Assembly: GCA_963818475.1 (NCBI GenBank) | Contig: CAWFSF010000002.1 | Location: forward strand, 32,001-96,000 | DNA length: 64,000 nt | Origin: Nitrospirota bacterium | GTDB taxonomy: Bacteria; Nitrospirota; UBA9217 | Direction of reading: 5' to 3' | Part shown: positions 40,470 to 50,491 of the stretch, one piece after another | Layout of the letters: every line of letters begins with the position of its first letter | How positions within the stretch are numbered: the stretch's first letter is position 1 | The notes under the pieces: model-generated | What the model was told of the DNA's origin: nothing | The model's database searches: none | The model's input: the letters and a program-made list of their open reading frames with translations, nothing else | Made by a program: the position numbers and the translations under genes

Positions 40470-42041
40470 TTAGATGCTCAGTTTCTCCAGCTTCCACTTG
40501 GAGTTGATGATGTCGAAGATCACCTTGGTCCCGACCAGCGCCGAGTACAGGTTGATCATGATACCGAGGCTCAGCGTCACGGCAAAACCCTTGATCGGAC
40601 CGGTGCCGAACATGAAGAGCACCGCGGCGGTGATCAACGTGGTCACATGCGAGTCGAGGATCGTCAGGAACGCTTTGTTATATCCGGCGTCCACTGCGGC
40701 GCGCGGCGCTTTGCCGGACACGATCTCTTCCCGGATGCGCTCGAACATGAGCACATTGGAATCGACGCCCATGCCGATGGTGAGAATGATGCCCGCGATA
40801 CCCGGCAGGGTGAGCGTAGCATTCAGGAGCGCCATGGCGCCCAGAAGCAGGATCAGGTTCAGGATGATGGCATAATCCGCGATCAGGCCGGACATGCGGT
40901 AGTAGACCACCATGAACACGACCACGACGAGCACGCCGAACAACGCGGCACGCACGCCCTTGTTGATCGAATCCTGCCCGAGCGACGCTCCCACGGTGAC
41001 GTTCTGGATGATCTTCATCGGGGCGGGAAGCGATTCACGCAGCACGATGGCGAGCTTGGCCGCTTCTTCATGCGTAAAGCTGCCGGTGATCTGCGCGTTG
41101 CCGCCGGAGATCCGGTCCTGGATCCGCGGGGCGGAGTGCACGACATTGTCGAGCACGATGGCCATTTGTTTGCCCACGTTCTCGCCCGTGACCCGTCCAA
41201 AGATCTCCGCGCCTTGGCCGTCGAAGGAGATGGAGATCGCCGGCCTGCCGCGCTCATCCATCTGGACCTTGGCCTCTTTCAGCCGATCGCCGGTGAGCAT
41301 GGTCTTCTTATAAACCAGGTAGGGCGCTCGTACGATCTTGCCCGACTGGTCCACATCCTCGCCGTACAGTACCTCGCTGTCTTCCGGTACATTGCCGGCA
41401 AGGGCTTTCTGAAGATCACCGTCCGAGTTGAGCATCTTGAACTCAAGCCTGCCTGCGGTCTGAACAAAGCGAATCGCCTCCTGGGGATTTTTGATGCCCG
41501 GAAGCTGCAGTGCGATCTGGTCGTTTTCCTGTTTATAGATTAGTGGCTCCGCCACGCCGTACTTGTCGATGCGCCGGCGGGTGATCTCCAAAGCCTGCTG
41601 CACGGCATTCTCCTTCAGGCGCCGTACTTCCGCCTGCTTGAGCCCGTAGACCAGTTCACCCTTTGCCCGCGACTTGAATTCAAGGATGGCATAGGTGTCC
41701 TTGATCAGCTTCTCCACCTTTTCATCCAGGGTGTCGGCAAATTTGGCCGTGATCTCCTGTCCGGTCCTGGTGAAGGTAGCGGACAGGCTCTGCAAGGCCG
41801 CCGTGGTCTGGAGGTCGGCCGCAATGTTATCGACCGACGCTTCCACGGCCTTGTCCGTCTCCACTTGCATGACGAGATGGCTGCCTCCCTGGAGGTCCAG
41901 TCCGAGCGCGATCTTCGGCACGCTCTGGTGCCACCACTGCGGCAATTGCGTTGTCAGCGGCGTGGACGGCAGGAACAAAAACACTGCGACCACAACCGAT
42001 AAGGCTATGAGCCCCAGTCTCCATCGAATGCTTTTTTTCAT
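40470..42041 (-). CDS. secD: Protein translocase subunit SecD
   Basis: LGLDLQGG, TLTLPGIAG, GMGVDSNVLMFERIREE, GPIKGFAVTL. Confidence 0.97.
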   Translation of the reverse strand: MKKSIRWRLGLIALSVVVAVFLFLPSTPLTTQLPQWWHQSVPKIALGLDLQGGSHLVMQVETDKAVEASVDNIAADLQTTAALQSLSATFTRTGQEITAKFADTLDEKVEKLIKDTYAILEFKSRAKGELVYGLKQAEVRRLKENAVQQALEITRRRIDKYGVAEPLIYKQENDQIALQLPGIKNPQEAIRFVQTAGRLEFKMLNSDGDLQKALAGNVPEDSEVLYGEDVDQSGKIVRAPYLVYKKTMLTGDRLKEAKVQMDERGRPAISISFDGQGAEIFGRVTGENVGKQMAIVLDNVVHSAPRIQDRISGGNAQITGSFTHEEAAKLAIVLRESLPAPMKIIQNVTVGASLGQDSINKGVRAALFGVLVVVVFMVVYYRMSGLIADYAIILNLILLLGAMALLNATLTLPGIAGIILTIGMGVDSNVLMFERIREEIVSGKAPRAAVDAGYNKAFLTILDSHVTTLITAAVLFMFGTGPIKGFAVTLSLGIMINLYSALVGTKVIFDIINSKWKLEKLSI

Positions 42042-42151
42042 TGAATCGCCTCCTGCTGGATTCTTAGTAAATTACTGAGCACCAAAATCGCCCAGACGCG
42101 AAGCTCAGTTTGATCCTTCGTGCCTTCGCGTCTTCGTGGCAAAAAATGACC

Positions 42152-42499
42152 TTACTCTTTCGGCTTCTCCTGCCCTTCGGTGATCACATGGGCGACGGAA
42201 CCGCGGGTGATCTTCACTTTCGTGCCTTCTGCGATCTTGACCGTCAGCGTATCCGGCGCCACGCCTTCAACCGTGCCGTAGATGCCGCCGCCGGTGATGA
42301 TCTCGTCGCCTTTCTTCAGCTCGTCCACCATCTTTTTGTGTTCCTTCATCTTCTTTTGCTGCGGACGGATGAGGATGAAATAGAAGATCGCGAAAATGAC
42401 CGCCATCATGATGAGGCCCGATGCGCCGCCGCCGGCCGGCGCCCCTGCAGCGCCTCCCGGTGCTCCCATTGCATACGCTGTAGCTATAAACATGTGCAC
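42152..42499 (-). CDS. yajC: Preprotein translocase subunit YajC
   Basis: FYFILIRPQQK, LKKGDEIITGGGIYG. Confidence 0.95.
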   Translation of the reverse strand: MHMFIATAYAMGAPGGAAGAPAGGGASGLIMMAVIFAIFYFILIRPQQKKMKEHKKMVDELKKGDEIITGGGIYGTVEGVAPDTLTVKIAEGTKVKITRGSVAHVITEGQEKPKE

Positions 42500-42517
42500 C
42501 TCCTTGAGATATAGTTA

Positions 42518-43787
<1,270 letters not shown>

Positions 43788-45452
43788 TCACATTCTCTCC
43801 GGCGCATTCACCCCCAGGATCGTAAGCGCGCTCTTGATCACCGTCTTTACCTGCTTCATGAGAAAGAGCATGGCTGCTGTCCGGGCCGCGTCCTCGGTGA
43901 TGACCCGGTGTTTGAAATAATAATTATGCATCAGCCCTGCCAGGTCCTGCAGATAGAACGTGAGCCGGTGCGGCTCGTACGCCAGGGCCGCTTCTTCCAC
44001 GACCTCGGGATATTTTGCCAGGGCCTTGATGATGTTCTGCTCTTCTTCACGGCCGAGGAGCGCGATGTTCACGGCATCTTTCGCGGGAATGGCGATGCCC
44101 CGTGTCTCGGCCTCGCGGAACAGGCTTGCGATCCGCGCATGAGCGTACTGCACATAATAGACCGGGTTCTCCCGGGACTGTTCCTTGGCAATGGTGAGGT
44201 CGAAATCGAGGTGGCTGTCGGAGCGGCGCGTCAGGAAGATGAACCGGGCCGCATCGCTGCCCACGTCCTGCACGACATCCCGAAGCGTCACAAAATTTCC
44301 GGCGCGCTTTGACATCGGCACGGGCTGGCCGTTCCGCAGGATCGCCACGAGCTGCACCAGCAGCACGTGAAGCGAATCCTTGGGATGGCCGAAGGCCTGG
44401 ATCACCGCCTGCACGCGCGGGATGTACCCGTGGTGGTCGGCGCCCCAGATGTTCACGAGCGACTTGAACCCCCGCGCCAGTTTGTTCCGGTGGTACGCGA
44501 TGTCCGTGGCCAGATAGGTGTAGCTTTTGTCCTGCTTCACCACGACCCGGTCCTTGTCGTCGCCGAAGGTGGTCGAACGGAGCCAGAGCGCCCCGTCCTG
44601 TTCATACATGTTCCTGCTCTCCAGAAGCTCTTCAATGGACCCCTGCACGGAATTGTCCTTGAGCAGGCTTGCTTCGCTGAACCAGGTGTCGAAGCGCACG
44701 CCAAAGGACTCGAGATCGGTCCTGATATCAACGAGCATGGCCTCTTTGCCGAAATCGCCGAACACGTCGACGCATTCCTCAAAAGGGACCTTGAGATATT
44801 TGTTGCCGTGCAACTTGGTAAAGGCCTGCGCGATCTCCTCGATGTAGCTGCCGTGGTAGCCGTCCTCGGGAAAGGGCACGTCATTGCCAAAAGACTGCTG
44901 ATACCGCGTCCAGACCGAGAGGGCCAGCAAACGGATCTGCCTGCCTGCGTCATTGATGTAGAACTCGCGGGAAACGTCGTAGCCCACGGCGGAAAGCAGG
45001 TTCGCAAGAGCGTCGCCCAGGGCAGCGCCCCGCCCGTGGCCCACGTGGAGCGGGCCCGTGGGGTTGGCGCTCACAAATTCGACGAGCACCTTCTCGCCCT
45101 TGCCGATATTCCGCAGTCCGTACTCAGCGCCTTCGGAATCTATTTCAAAGAGCGTCTGCTGCCAGCGGTCCTGCTTAAAGGTAAAATTGATGAATCCCGG
45201 CCCGGCGATCTCCGTCTTGGCAATGATGCCGCCGGTGTCCTGGATATTGCGGACGATGATCTCGGCGATCTTCCGCGGGGGTTTGGACTCCGCTTTTGCC
45301 AGGGTCAGGGCAAGCGTCGTGGCCAGGTCTCCATGGCTCTTCTCGCGCGGAGTTTCGAGCACGATCGCCGGAATTTCAACGAGCTGCAGTTCACCCTTGC
45401 TCTTTGCCCGGCCAAGCGCTTCAAGCAGAATATCGGTTACGGTATTTTTCAT
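43788..45452 (-). CDS. argS: Arginine--tRNA ligase
   Basis: VEFVSANPTGPLHVGHGR, WGADHHGY, MSKRAG, YYVQYAHARI, APERM. Confidence 0.98.
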   Translation of the reverse strand: MKNTVTDILLEALGRAKSKGELQLVEIPAIVLETPREKSHGDLATTLALTLAKAESKPPRKIAEIIVRNIQDTGGIIAKTEIAGPGFINFTFKQDRWQQTLFEIDSEGAEYGLRNIGKGEKVLVEFVSANPTGPLHVGHGRGAALGDALANLLSAVGYDVSREFYINDAGRQIRLLALSVWTRYQQSFGNDVPFPEDGYHGSYIEEIAQAFTKLHGNKYLKVPFEECVDVFGDFGKEAMLVDIRTDLESFGVRFDTWFSEASLLKDNSVQGSIEELLESRNMYEQDGALWLRSTTFGDDKDRVVVKQDKSYTYLATDIAYHRNKLARGFKSLVNIWGADHHGYIPRVQAVIQAFGHPKDSLHVLLVQLVAILRNGQPVPMSKRAGNFVTLRDVVQDVGSDAARFIFLTRRSDSHLDFDLTIAKEQSRENPVYYVQYAHARIASLFREAETRGIAIPAKDAVNIALLGREEEQNIIKALAKYPEVVEEAALAYEPHRLTFYLQDLAGLMHNYYFKHRVITEDAARTAAMLFLMKQVKTVIKSALTILGVNAPERM

Positions 45453-45715
45453 GCGATTTCGTGTTTGCGGGTACCGTTCCGGAACGTCAGAACACCGAGC
45501 AGGCGCTCTGTGCCGAAAGCAAAGATCTCAAGCTGGCCGAATCCCGTTCGGCGGCGGGAACGCGGGGACGTTTAAGGCACTGTTTCTCTTTGGTTATCCT
45601 ACTGTTACGAGCATGGAAGTATATCGTATCCCGGATAAAAGTCAATAAAAATAATCCCTCTTTACTTGGATTGGGTGGTGTGGTATGTTTTAAAAAAGCA
45701 GAGGAGACGCATCCT

Positions 45716-46171
45716 ATGTGGGTCCAGATGACCGTAAATACCGTGCTGTTCGACAGCAGGAACAACAGCTACATCGTTGTGCTGAAGGATGATTCGGGAA
45801 AGAAACTCCTGCCGATCTGGATCGGCGCCTCTGAAGGCAACTCCATCGCCCTGGCCATGAGCAATGTCAAGGCAGCCCGCCCGCTCACCCACGACCTCCT
45901 GGTGAACATATTCGACCGCCTGGAAGTGGAGATCGCCCGCGTCGTCATCAGCGACCTGATCGACAACACCTTCTACGCATCGCTCTACCTGCTCCAGAAT
46001 GGCAAGGAGTTCCACATCGATTCGCGGCCCAGCGACGCCATCGCGGTCGCCATCCGGATCGGCGCGCCCGTATTCGTGGAAGAAGAGGTCCTGTCAAAGC
46101 AGGATGCGACAACGATCGATACGTGGATGAAGAACCTCGGCGAGAGCGGCGGGACGGAATATAACGCGTAG
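45716..46171 (+). CDS. Bifunctional nuclease (DUF151) family protein
   Basis: LPIWIG..E, RPLTHDL, IDSRPSDAIA; GAGGAG RBS. Confidence 0.92.
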   Translation: MWVQMTVNTVLFDSRNNSYIVVLKDDSGKKLLPIWIGASEGNSIALAMSNVKAARPLTHDLLVNIFDRLEVEIARVVISDLIDNTFYASLYLLQNGKEFHIDSRPSDAIAVAIRIGAPVFVEEEVLSKQDATTIDTWMKNLGESGGTEYNA

Positions 46172-46177
46172 GGTGAT

Positions 46178-46277
46178 TCAGGGTCCAGGGTACAGGGTCC
46201 AGGGTTCAAGGTTCAGGATCATTCAGTTTCGATTTAATTCCGCAATCCGCGAATTCCGCATTCCGCAATCCGAATTT
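46178..46277. repeat. Two adjacent heptamer tracts (CAGGGTH and ATTCCGC)
   Basis: CAGGGTCCAGGGTACAGGGTCCAGGGTTCAAGGTTCAGG; AATTCCGCAATCCGCGAATTCCGCATTCCGCAATCCG. Confidence 0.7.
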
Positions 46278-46280
46278 GAT

Positions 46281-46880
46281 CTAGATCCCCCACCTCGGCG
46301 ACAGATCGTTCTCCACCCCCATGCTGTCCAGCACCCTGGCAACGACAAAATCCACCAGCTCGCTGACGCGCTTCGGCTGGTGATAGAACCCCGGCATGGC
46401 AGGAATGATATGGCACCCCAGGTCCGCCAGGGTCAGCATATTCCTGAGATGAATGGGTGAAAGCGGCGTTTCGCGCGGCACGATGATGAGCTTCCGCTGT
46501 TCCTTGATGGTCACGTCGGCTGCGCGCTCGATGAGCGTCGAGGCATAGCCGTTCGCCATTGACGCCAGCGTCTTCATGGAGCAGGGGATCACGACCATGG
46601 CGTCGATCTTGACCGACCCGCTCGCGATCGGCGCGTACATGTTGTCCTCGTCGAAATACTCGATCTGCCCTTCTTTGGCTTCGAGCCGCTTTTCCAGCGC
46701 GAACATGATGTCGGTCTCCGAGCCTTTGAGCATCAGCCCTGCCTCGTCATTCATGATCGAAAGCCCCTCGCCGGTGATGGTCAGGTAGATCTTGTGCCCT
46801 CCCTTGACCAGGACTTCGAGCAGTCTTAAGGCATAGGGTGCGCCCGAGGCGCCGGTGATCGCTACGGTATAGGTTGCCAT
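46281..46880 (-). CDS. ubiX: Flavin prenyltransferase
   Basis: VAITGASGA, APIASGS, PCSMKTLA, RAADV..KE, VPRETPL, PAMPGFY. Confidence 0.95.
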   Translation of the reverse strand: MATYTVAITGASGAPYALRLLEVLVKGGHKIYLTITGEGLSIMNDEAGLMLKGSETDIMFALEKRLEAKEGQIEYFDEDNMYAPIASGSVKIDAMVVIPCSMKTLASMANGYASTLIERAADVTIKEQRKLIIVPRETPLSPIHLRNMLTLADLGCHIIPAMPGFYHQPKRVSELVDFVVARVLDSMGVENDLSPRWGI

Positions 46881-47052
46881 GAGGTACCTCTTTCTTGTGA
46901 AAAACGGAAACTTGCATGAGTCGTAACAAGCCAAATCTACCGCTCAGACCCGAGACGCGGAGAAAGGCAGGAGATTCGCGTGCGCTCCGTTCCTCGGCAA
47001 TGCCTTAGCTTCAAGTGGGAGACTATGCTCGAGACTGATCAATGTTCACATC

Positions 47053-47298
47053 TTAACTCTGCTTCGCCTTTTTCAAAATATTCTTTTTGTACTTCAGGTA
47101 CAGCTCTTCGACCTTCGTTCTCGCCCAGGGGGTCTTTCTCAGGAACTGCAGGCTGGACTTGATGCTCGGGTCATTCTTAAAGCACCGGATATCGATGATC
47201 TGCCCCATCTTCTCCCACCCGTGATGCTCCACCAGCTGGGTAAGCATCATTTCCAGCGTGACGCCGTGAAGAGGGTCTTTGTGTTGTTGGTCGGTCAT
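47053..47298 (-). CDS. VF530-family DNA-binding protein
   Basis: DPLHGVTLE, IRCFKNDPSIKSSLQFLRKTPWARTKVE. Confidence 0.9.
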   Translation of the reverse strand: MTDQQHKDPLHGVTLEMMLTQLVEHHGWEKMGQIIDIRCFKNDPSIKSSLQFLRKTPWARTKVEELYLKYKKNILKKAKQS

Positions 47299-48574
47299 GT
47301 CTCCATTCTTCAGCTGTTTCGGATCCTGTAGTCGCTGATCCGATTTCAGTTGTATTACTGGCGGCTTCCGGCCTCTTGATCGCAAGCATCGAGAGCATCA
47401 CGCTCGCCAGGATCGCCAGGCCCGCTCCCATGCCGAAGGCTGCGGCAGAACCGAGCTTCTGCCAGACCAGACCGAAGATCAGCGATGCCGGCAAGGCCCC
47501 GAGGCCGACAACCAGGTGGTAGAGGCCGAAGGCCGAACCGCGGAGATGCGTTGGAGCGAAGTCGGCAACGAGCGCCTTCTCAACACCCTCGGTCAGGCCG
47601 AAGTAGATGCCGTACACGGCGAACAGCGCCCAGGCGTGCCAGTTCTGCGTTGCCGCGCCAAAGGCCGCATACACCAGGGCATAGACCACCCAGCCGGTAA
47701 CGATCACTTTTTTTCTGCCGATGCGGTCGGAGATGATGCCGCCGGGGACCGAGAGACCCATCTTCACGATATGGAGCACGACCCAGATCATCGGAAGGAG
47801 CGCGACCGGCACGCCGAGCTGCTGGGCCCGGAGCAGCAGGAATGCATCGGTCGAGTTGCCGAGCGTGAAGATGAGGATGATGACCAGATATTTTTTAAAA
47901 CCCGGAGGCATTTCGTTCCATGCTGTGCGGAAATTGAAGGTTGTCTTCGATGCGGCACTGATGGGCTCGGCCTTTTTTTCCTTCAGCCCGAAAAGCAGCA
48001 GGCATACGGCGAGGATGCCGGGAATGACGGAGAGCAGAAAAATGGTCTTGAGATCATCGTGGAACACGAGCAGCAATGCAGTGGCGGCGAGCGGCCCGAC
48101 GATGGCGCCGCTGTGGTCCATGGCGCGGTGAAAACCGTAGGCGAGGCCGCGGGACTCGACCGGCGTCGAGTCGGCGATGATGGCGTCGCGCGGCGAGGTC
48201 CTGAGCCCTTTGCCCACGCGGTCCGAGAACCGGAGCACCAGCACATGGAGCCAGGACGTTGAAAAAGCGATGAGCGGCCTGATGATGTTCGAGATGGAAT
48301 AACCGGCAACGATCCAGCCCTTGCGTTTTTTCACGCGGTCCGACCAGTACCCGGAGTAGAGCTTGAGAAGCGATGCCGTGGTCTCGGCGATGCCTTCGAT
48401 GATCCCGAGCGCCGCCGGCCCTGCGCCGAGCACGGTGGACAGGAACACGGGCAGAAGCGGGTAGATCATCTCGGAGGCGCCGTCGTTCAGCAGGCTGACG
48501 AAGCCGAGGATGACAACATTGCGGGTAAGGCCCTTGCGCCAGCCGGGAGCGCTTGTTTTTGTCTTCGGTGTCAT
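47177..48574 (-). CDS. MFS transporter (3' end probably over-extended; true end likely near 47350)
   Basis: SLLNDGASEMIYPLLP, DRVGKGLRTSPRDA, GFHRAMD, about 12 TMs. Confidence 0.88.
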   Translation of the reverse strand: MTPKTKTSAPGWRKGLTRNVVILGFVSLLNDGASEMIYPLLPVFLSTVLGAGPAALGIIEGIAETTASLLKLYSGYWSDRVKKRKGWIVAGYSISNIIRPLIAFSTSWLHVLVLRFSDRVGKGLRTSPRDAIIADSTPVESRGLAYGFHRAMDHSGAIVGPLAATALLLVFHDDLKTIFLLSVIPGILAVCLLLFGLKEKKAEPISAASKTTFNFRTAWNEMPPGFKKYLVIILIFTLGNSTDAFLLLRAQQLGVPVALLPMIWVVLHIVKMGLSVPGGIISDRIGRKKVIVTGWVVYALVYAAFGAATQNWHAWALFAVYGIYFGLTEGVEKALVADFAPTHLRGSAFGLYHLVVGLGALPASLIFGLVWQKLGSAAAFGMGAGLAILASVMLSMLAIKRPEAASNTTEIGSATTGSETAEEWRHDRPTTQRPSSRRHAGNDAYPAGGASRVGEDGADHRYPVL

Positions 48575-48781
48575 GGGAAAGGACTTTACCTGAATTATGC
48601 TTTTTTTTCAAGCGAAACCGGGGAACAGATTGCCTGGACATTGCCGCTGAGAGCACAAAAAAGCCTTGCAGCAGCATGCGGAACAGGTCAAAGCAGAGGG
48701 GATATTCTTGCGGATATTTTTGAAATAGCTGGGGGTGGAACGGCCATCCAGCCGGAGCAACAGCTTCGGCATCCAAAGAAC

Positions 48782-49951
48782 CTAAGTGACGCTCAAAAAC
48801 ACATCAACGATCTCCGGATCGAACTGCGTGCCCGCAAAGGTCCGAAGCTCCTGCTGCGCCTCTACCGTGCTCAGCGCCTTTCGGTAAGGCCGATCCGACC
48901 GCATGACGTCCCAGGCATCGGCGACGGAGACGATCCTGGCGATCAGCGGGATGGCGGATCCCTCGAGCCCCGCGGGGTAGCCCGTGCCGTCGTAGTTTTC
49001 ATGGTGGTGCAGGATGCAGGGCAAGGCGGGCTCAAGGTACTTGAGCGATTTCAAGATCTCCACGCCCTTTGCAGGGTGGCTCTTAAGATCGTTCCATTCC
49101 GAGTTGTCGAGCTTCTCCGGCTTCAGGAGAATAAAGTCATTGATTCCGATCTTGCCCACATCGTGGAGCAGGGCGCCGATATGGAGATGCCGTTTCTGTT
49201 CGCTGTCCAAATTCAGGCGTCCGGCAATCAGCTCCGCGTAATGGGCGACCCGTTTGCAGTGGCCCGAGGTGCCTAAATCGCGCGCTTCCAGGGCCTGGGC
49301 CAGGGCTGCCAGCACATCGAAATGCATATTTTCCAGTTCCTGCGTCCTCTCCCGCACTTTGGACTCGAGGGTGTTCATGAGCTCTTTTTTCTGATTGTCG
49401 AGTTCGCGCCTGCGGCTGACGAACTCGATGGTCCTCACCAGGTCAGCCATGAAGAAGGGCTTCGTGATGAAGTCCGAGGCGCCTCGCTTCAGGGCGTCGA
49501 CGGCGAGATCGGTATTGCCGTTGGCCGTGATTATCACATAGTAGAGCCGGGGGTCGGACGCCTTCATTTTCTCCATGAGGTCCAGTCCCCGGTCCCTGCC
49601 GATGAACTGATCGAGGAATACCATGTCGAAGGGCGCCTCATTAATCAGTCTGAGCGCGTCGTCGCCGTTTGATGCGGTCTTCACGTTATACCCGGCGTCG
49701 CCCAGCATCAGCGAAAAGGCCTGCAGGATCCTCTTTTCATCGTCTACAGCAAGAATGCGCAGATCGCGCAACGTCGATGCGCTCCCGTTCAGTGCCGGCT
49801 GGGCCGCGCCGGGCAGGTGGCCGCTGCCCGTCAGATCAATGCGACTGCCGGGCGTTTGATCCTTCAGAGCTGCCGGGTCGATAAAAAAGTGAGCCTCCCT
49901 CTTTGAAGAAGCCTCTGCGACTGCATCGGTTACTTCGAGTTTGCTGTCCAA
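48782..49951 (-). CDS. REC + HD-GYP phosphodiesterase (probably fused to the upstream hemerythrin)
   Basis: ILAVDDE, LHDVGKIG, HHENYDGTGYP, VADAWDVM..DRPYR. Confidence 0.9.
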   Translation of the reverse strand: MDSKLEVTDAVAEASSKREAHFFIDPAALKDQTPGSRIDLTGSGHLPGAAQPALNGSASTLRDLRILAVDDEKRILQAFSLMLGDAGYNVKTASNGDDALRLINEAPFDMVFLDQFIGRDRGLDLMEKMKASDPRLYYVIITANGNTDLAVDALKRGASDFITKPFFMADLVRTIEFVSRRRELDNQKKELMNTLESKVRERTQELENMHFDVLAALAQALEARDLGTSGHCKRVAHYAELIAGRLNLDSEQKRHLHIGALLHDVGKIGINDFILLKPEKLDNSEWNDLKSHPAKGVEILKSLKYLEPALPCILHHHENYDGTGYPAGLEGSAIPLIARIVSVADAWDVMRSDRPYRKALSTVEAQQELRTFAGTQFDPEIVDVFLSVT

Positions 49952-50337
49952 AATGCCCCCAGTTTTGTGTCTACCTTGCGGATGTGATTCAGGAACCAGT
50001 TGACCACCAGCTGGTTTGTGGCGATTACGATATGGACGCCTGCGCCTTCTGTTGCAACCTGTTTTTTCAATACGGCTTGCTGCGCTTTGAATTCATCGTG
50101 CAGGGCTTTATGCGCCGCATAATCAGGGTAGGAATGTTTTATCATAAAGCGCTCTTCTTCGCCGAAGTGAGACAAGATATAGTCTTCAAGGAAGGCGATC
50201 AGACTTTCAACCTTTGCTTTTCCCTTGCCCTGCTTGCAGGCATCCAGCATTTCGTTGATTCTGAAAAATATCTCCTTATGCTGCCTGTCTATTTCCGTTG
50301 ATCCCGTCGCAAGGTCCTTCGTCCATTCTATTGCCAT
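49930..50337 (-). CDS. Bacteriohemerythrin
   Basis: W..DLATG..EIDRQHK, HFGEEE, HKALH, WFLNHIRKVD. Confidence 0.92.
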   Translation of the reverse strand: MAIEWTKDLATGSTEIDRQHKEIFFRINEMLDACKQGKGKAKVESLIAFLEDYILSHFGEEERFMIKHSYPDYAAHKALHDEFKAQQAVLKKQVATEGAGVHIVIATNQLVVNWFLNHIRKVDTKLGAFWTANSK

Positions 50338-50491
50338 GCCTGCCCCCTCAGCTTTGTTATTACATAATTAGCAAGAAACCTGCCAGGATAAAGCCCTATT
50401 GTAATCACAGGATTTATATCTCAGAAAGGCTGTTCATTATCGGGCATAATTGCCGATTTACCGGTATAGTACCCGGCTGGCGGGCAGAAAA

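Noticed and set aside
45455-45575. T-box or other ncRNA leader upstream of argS
   Set aside because: Only a short hairpin; no T-box consensus or terminator is recognisable.
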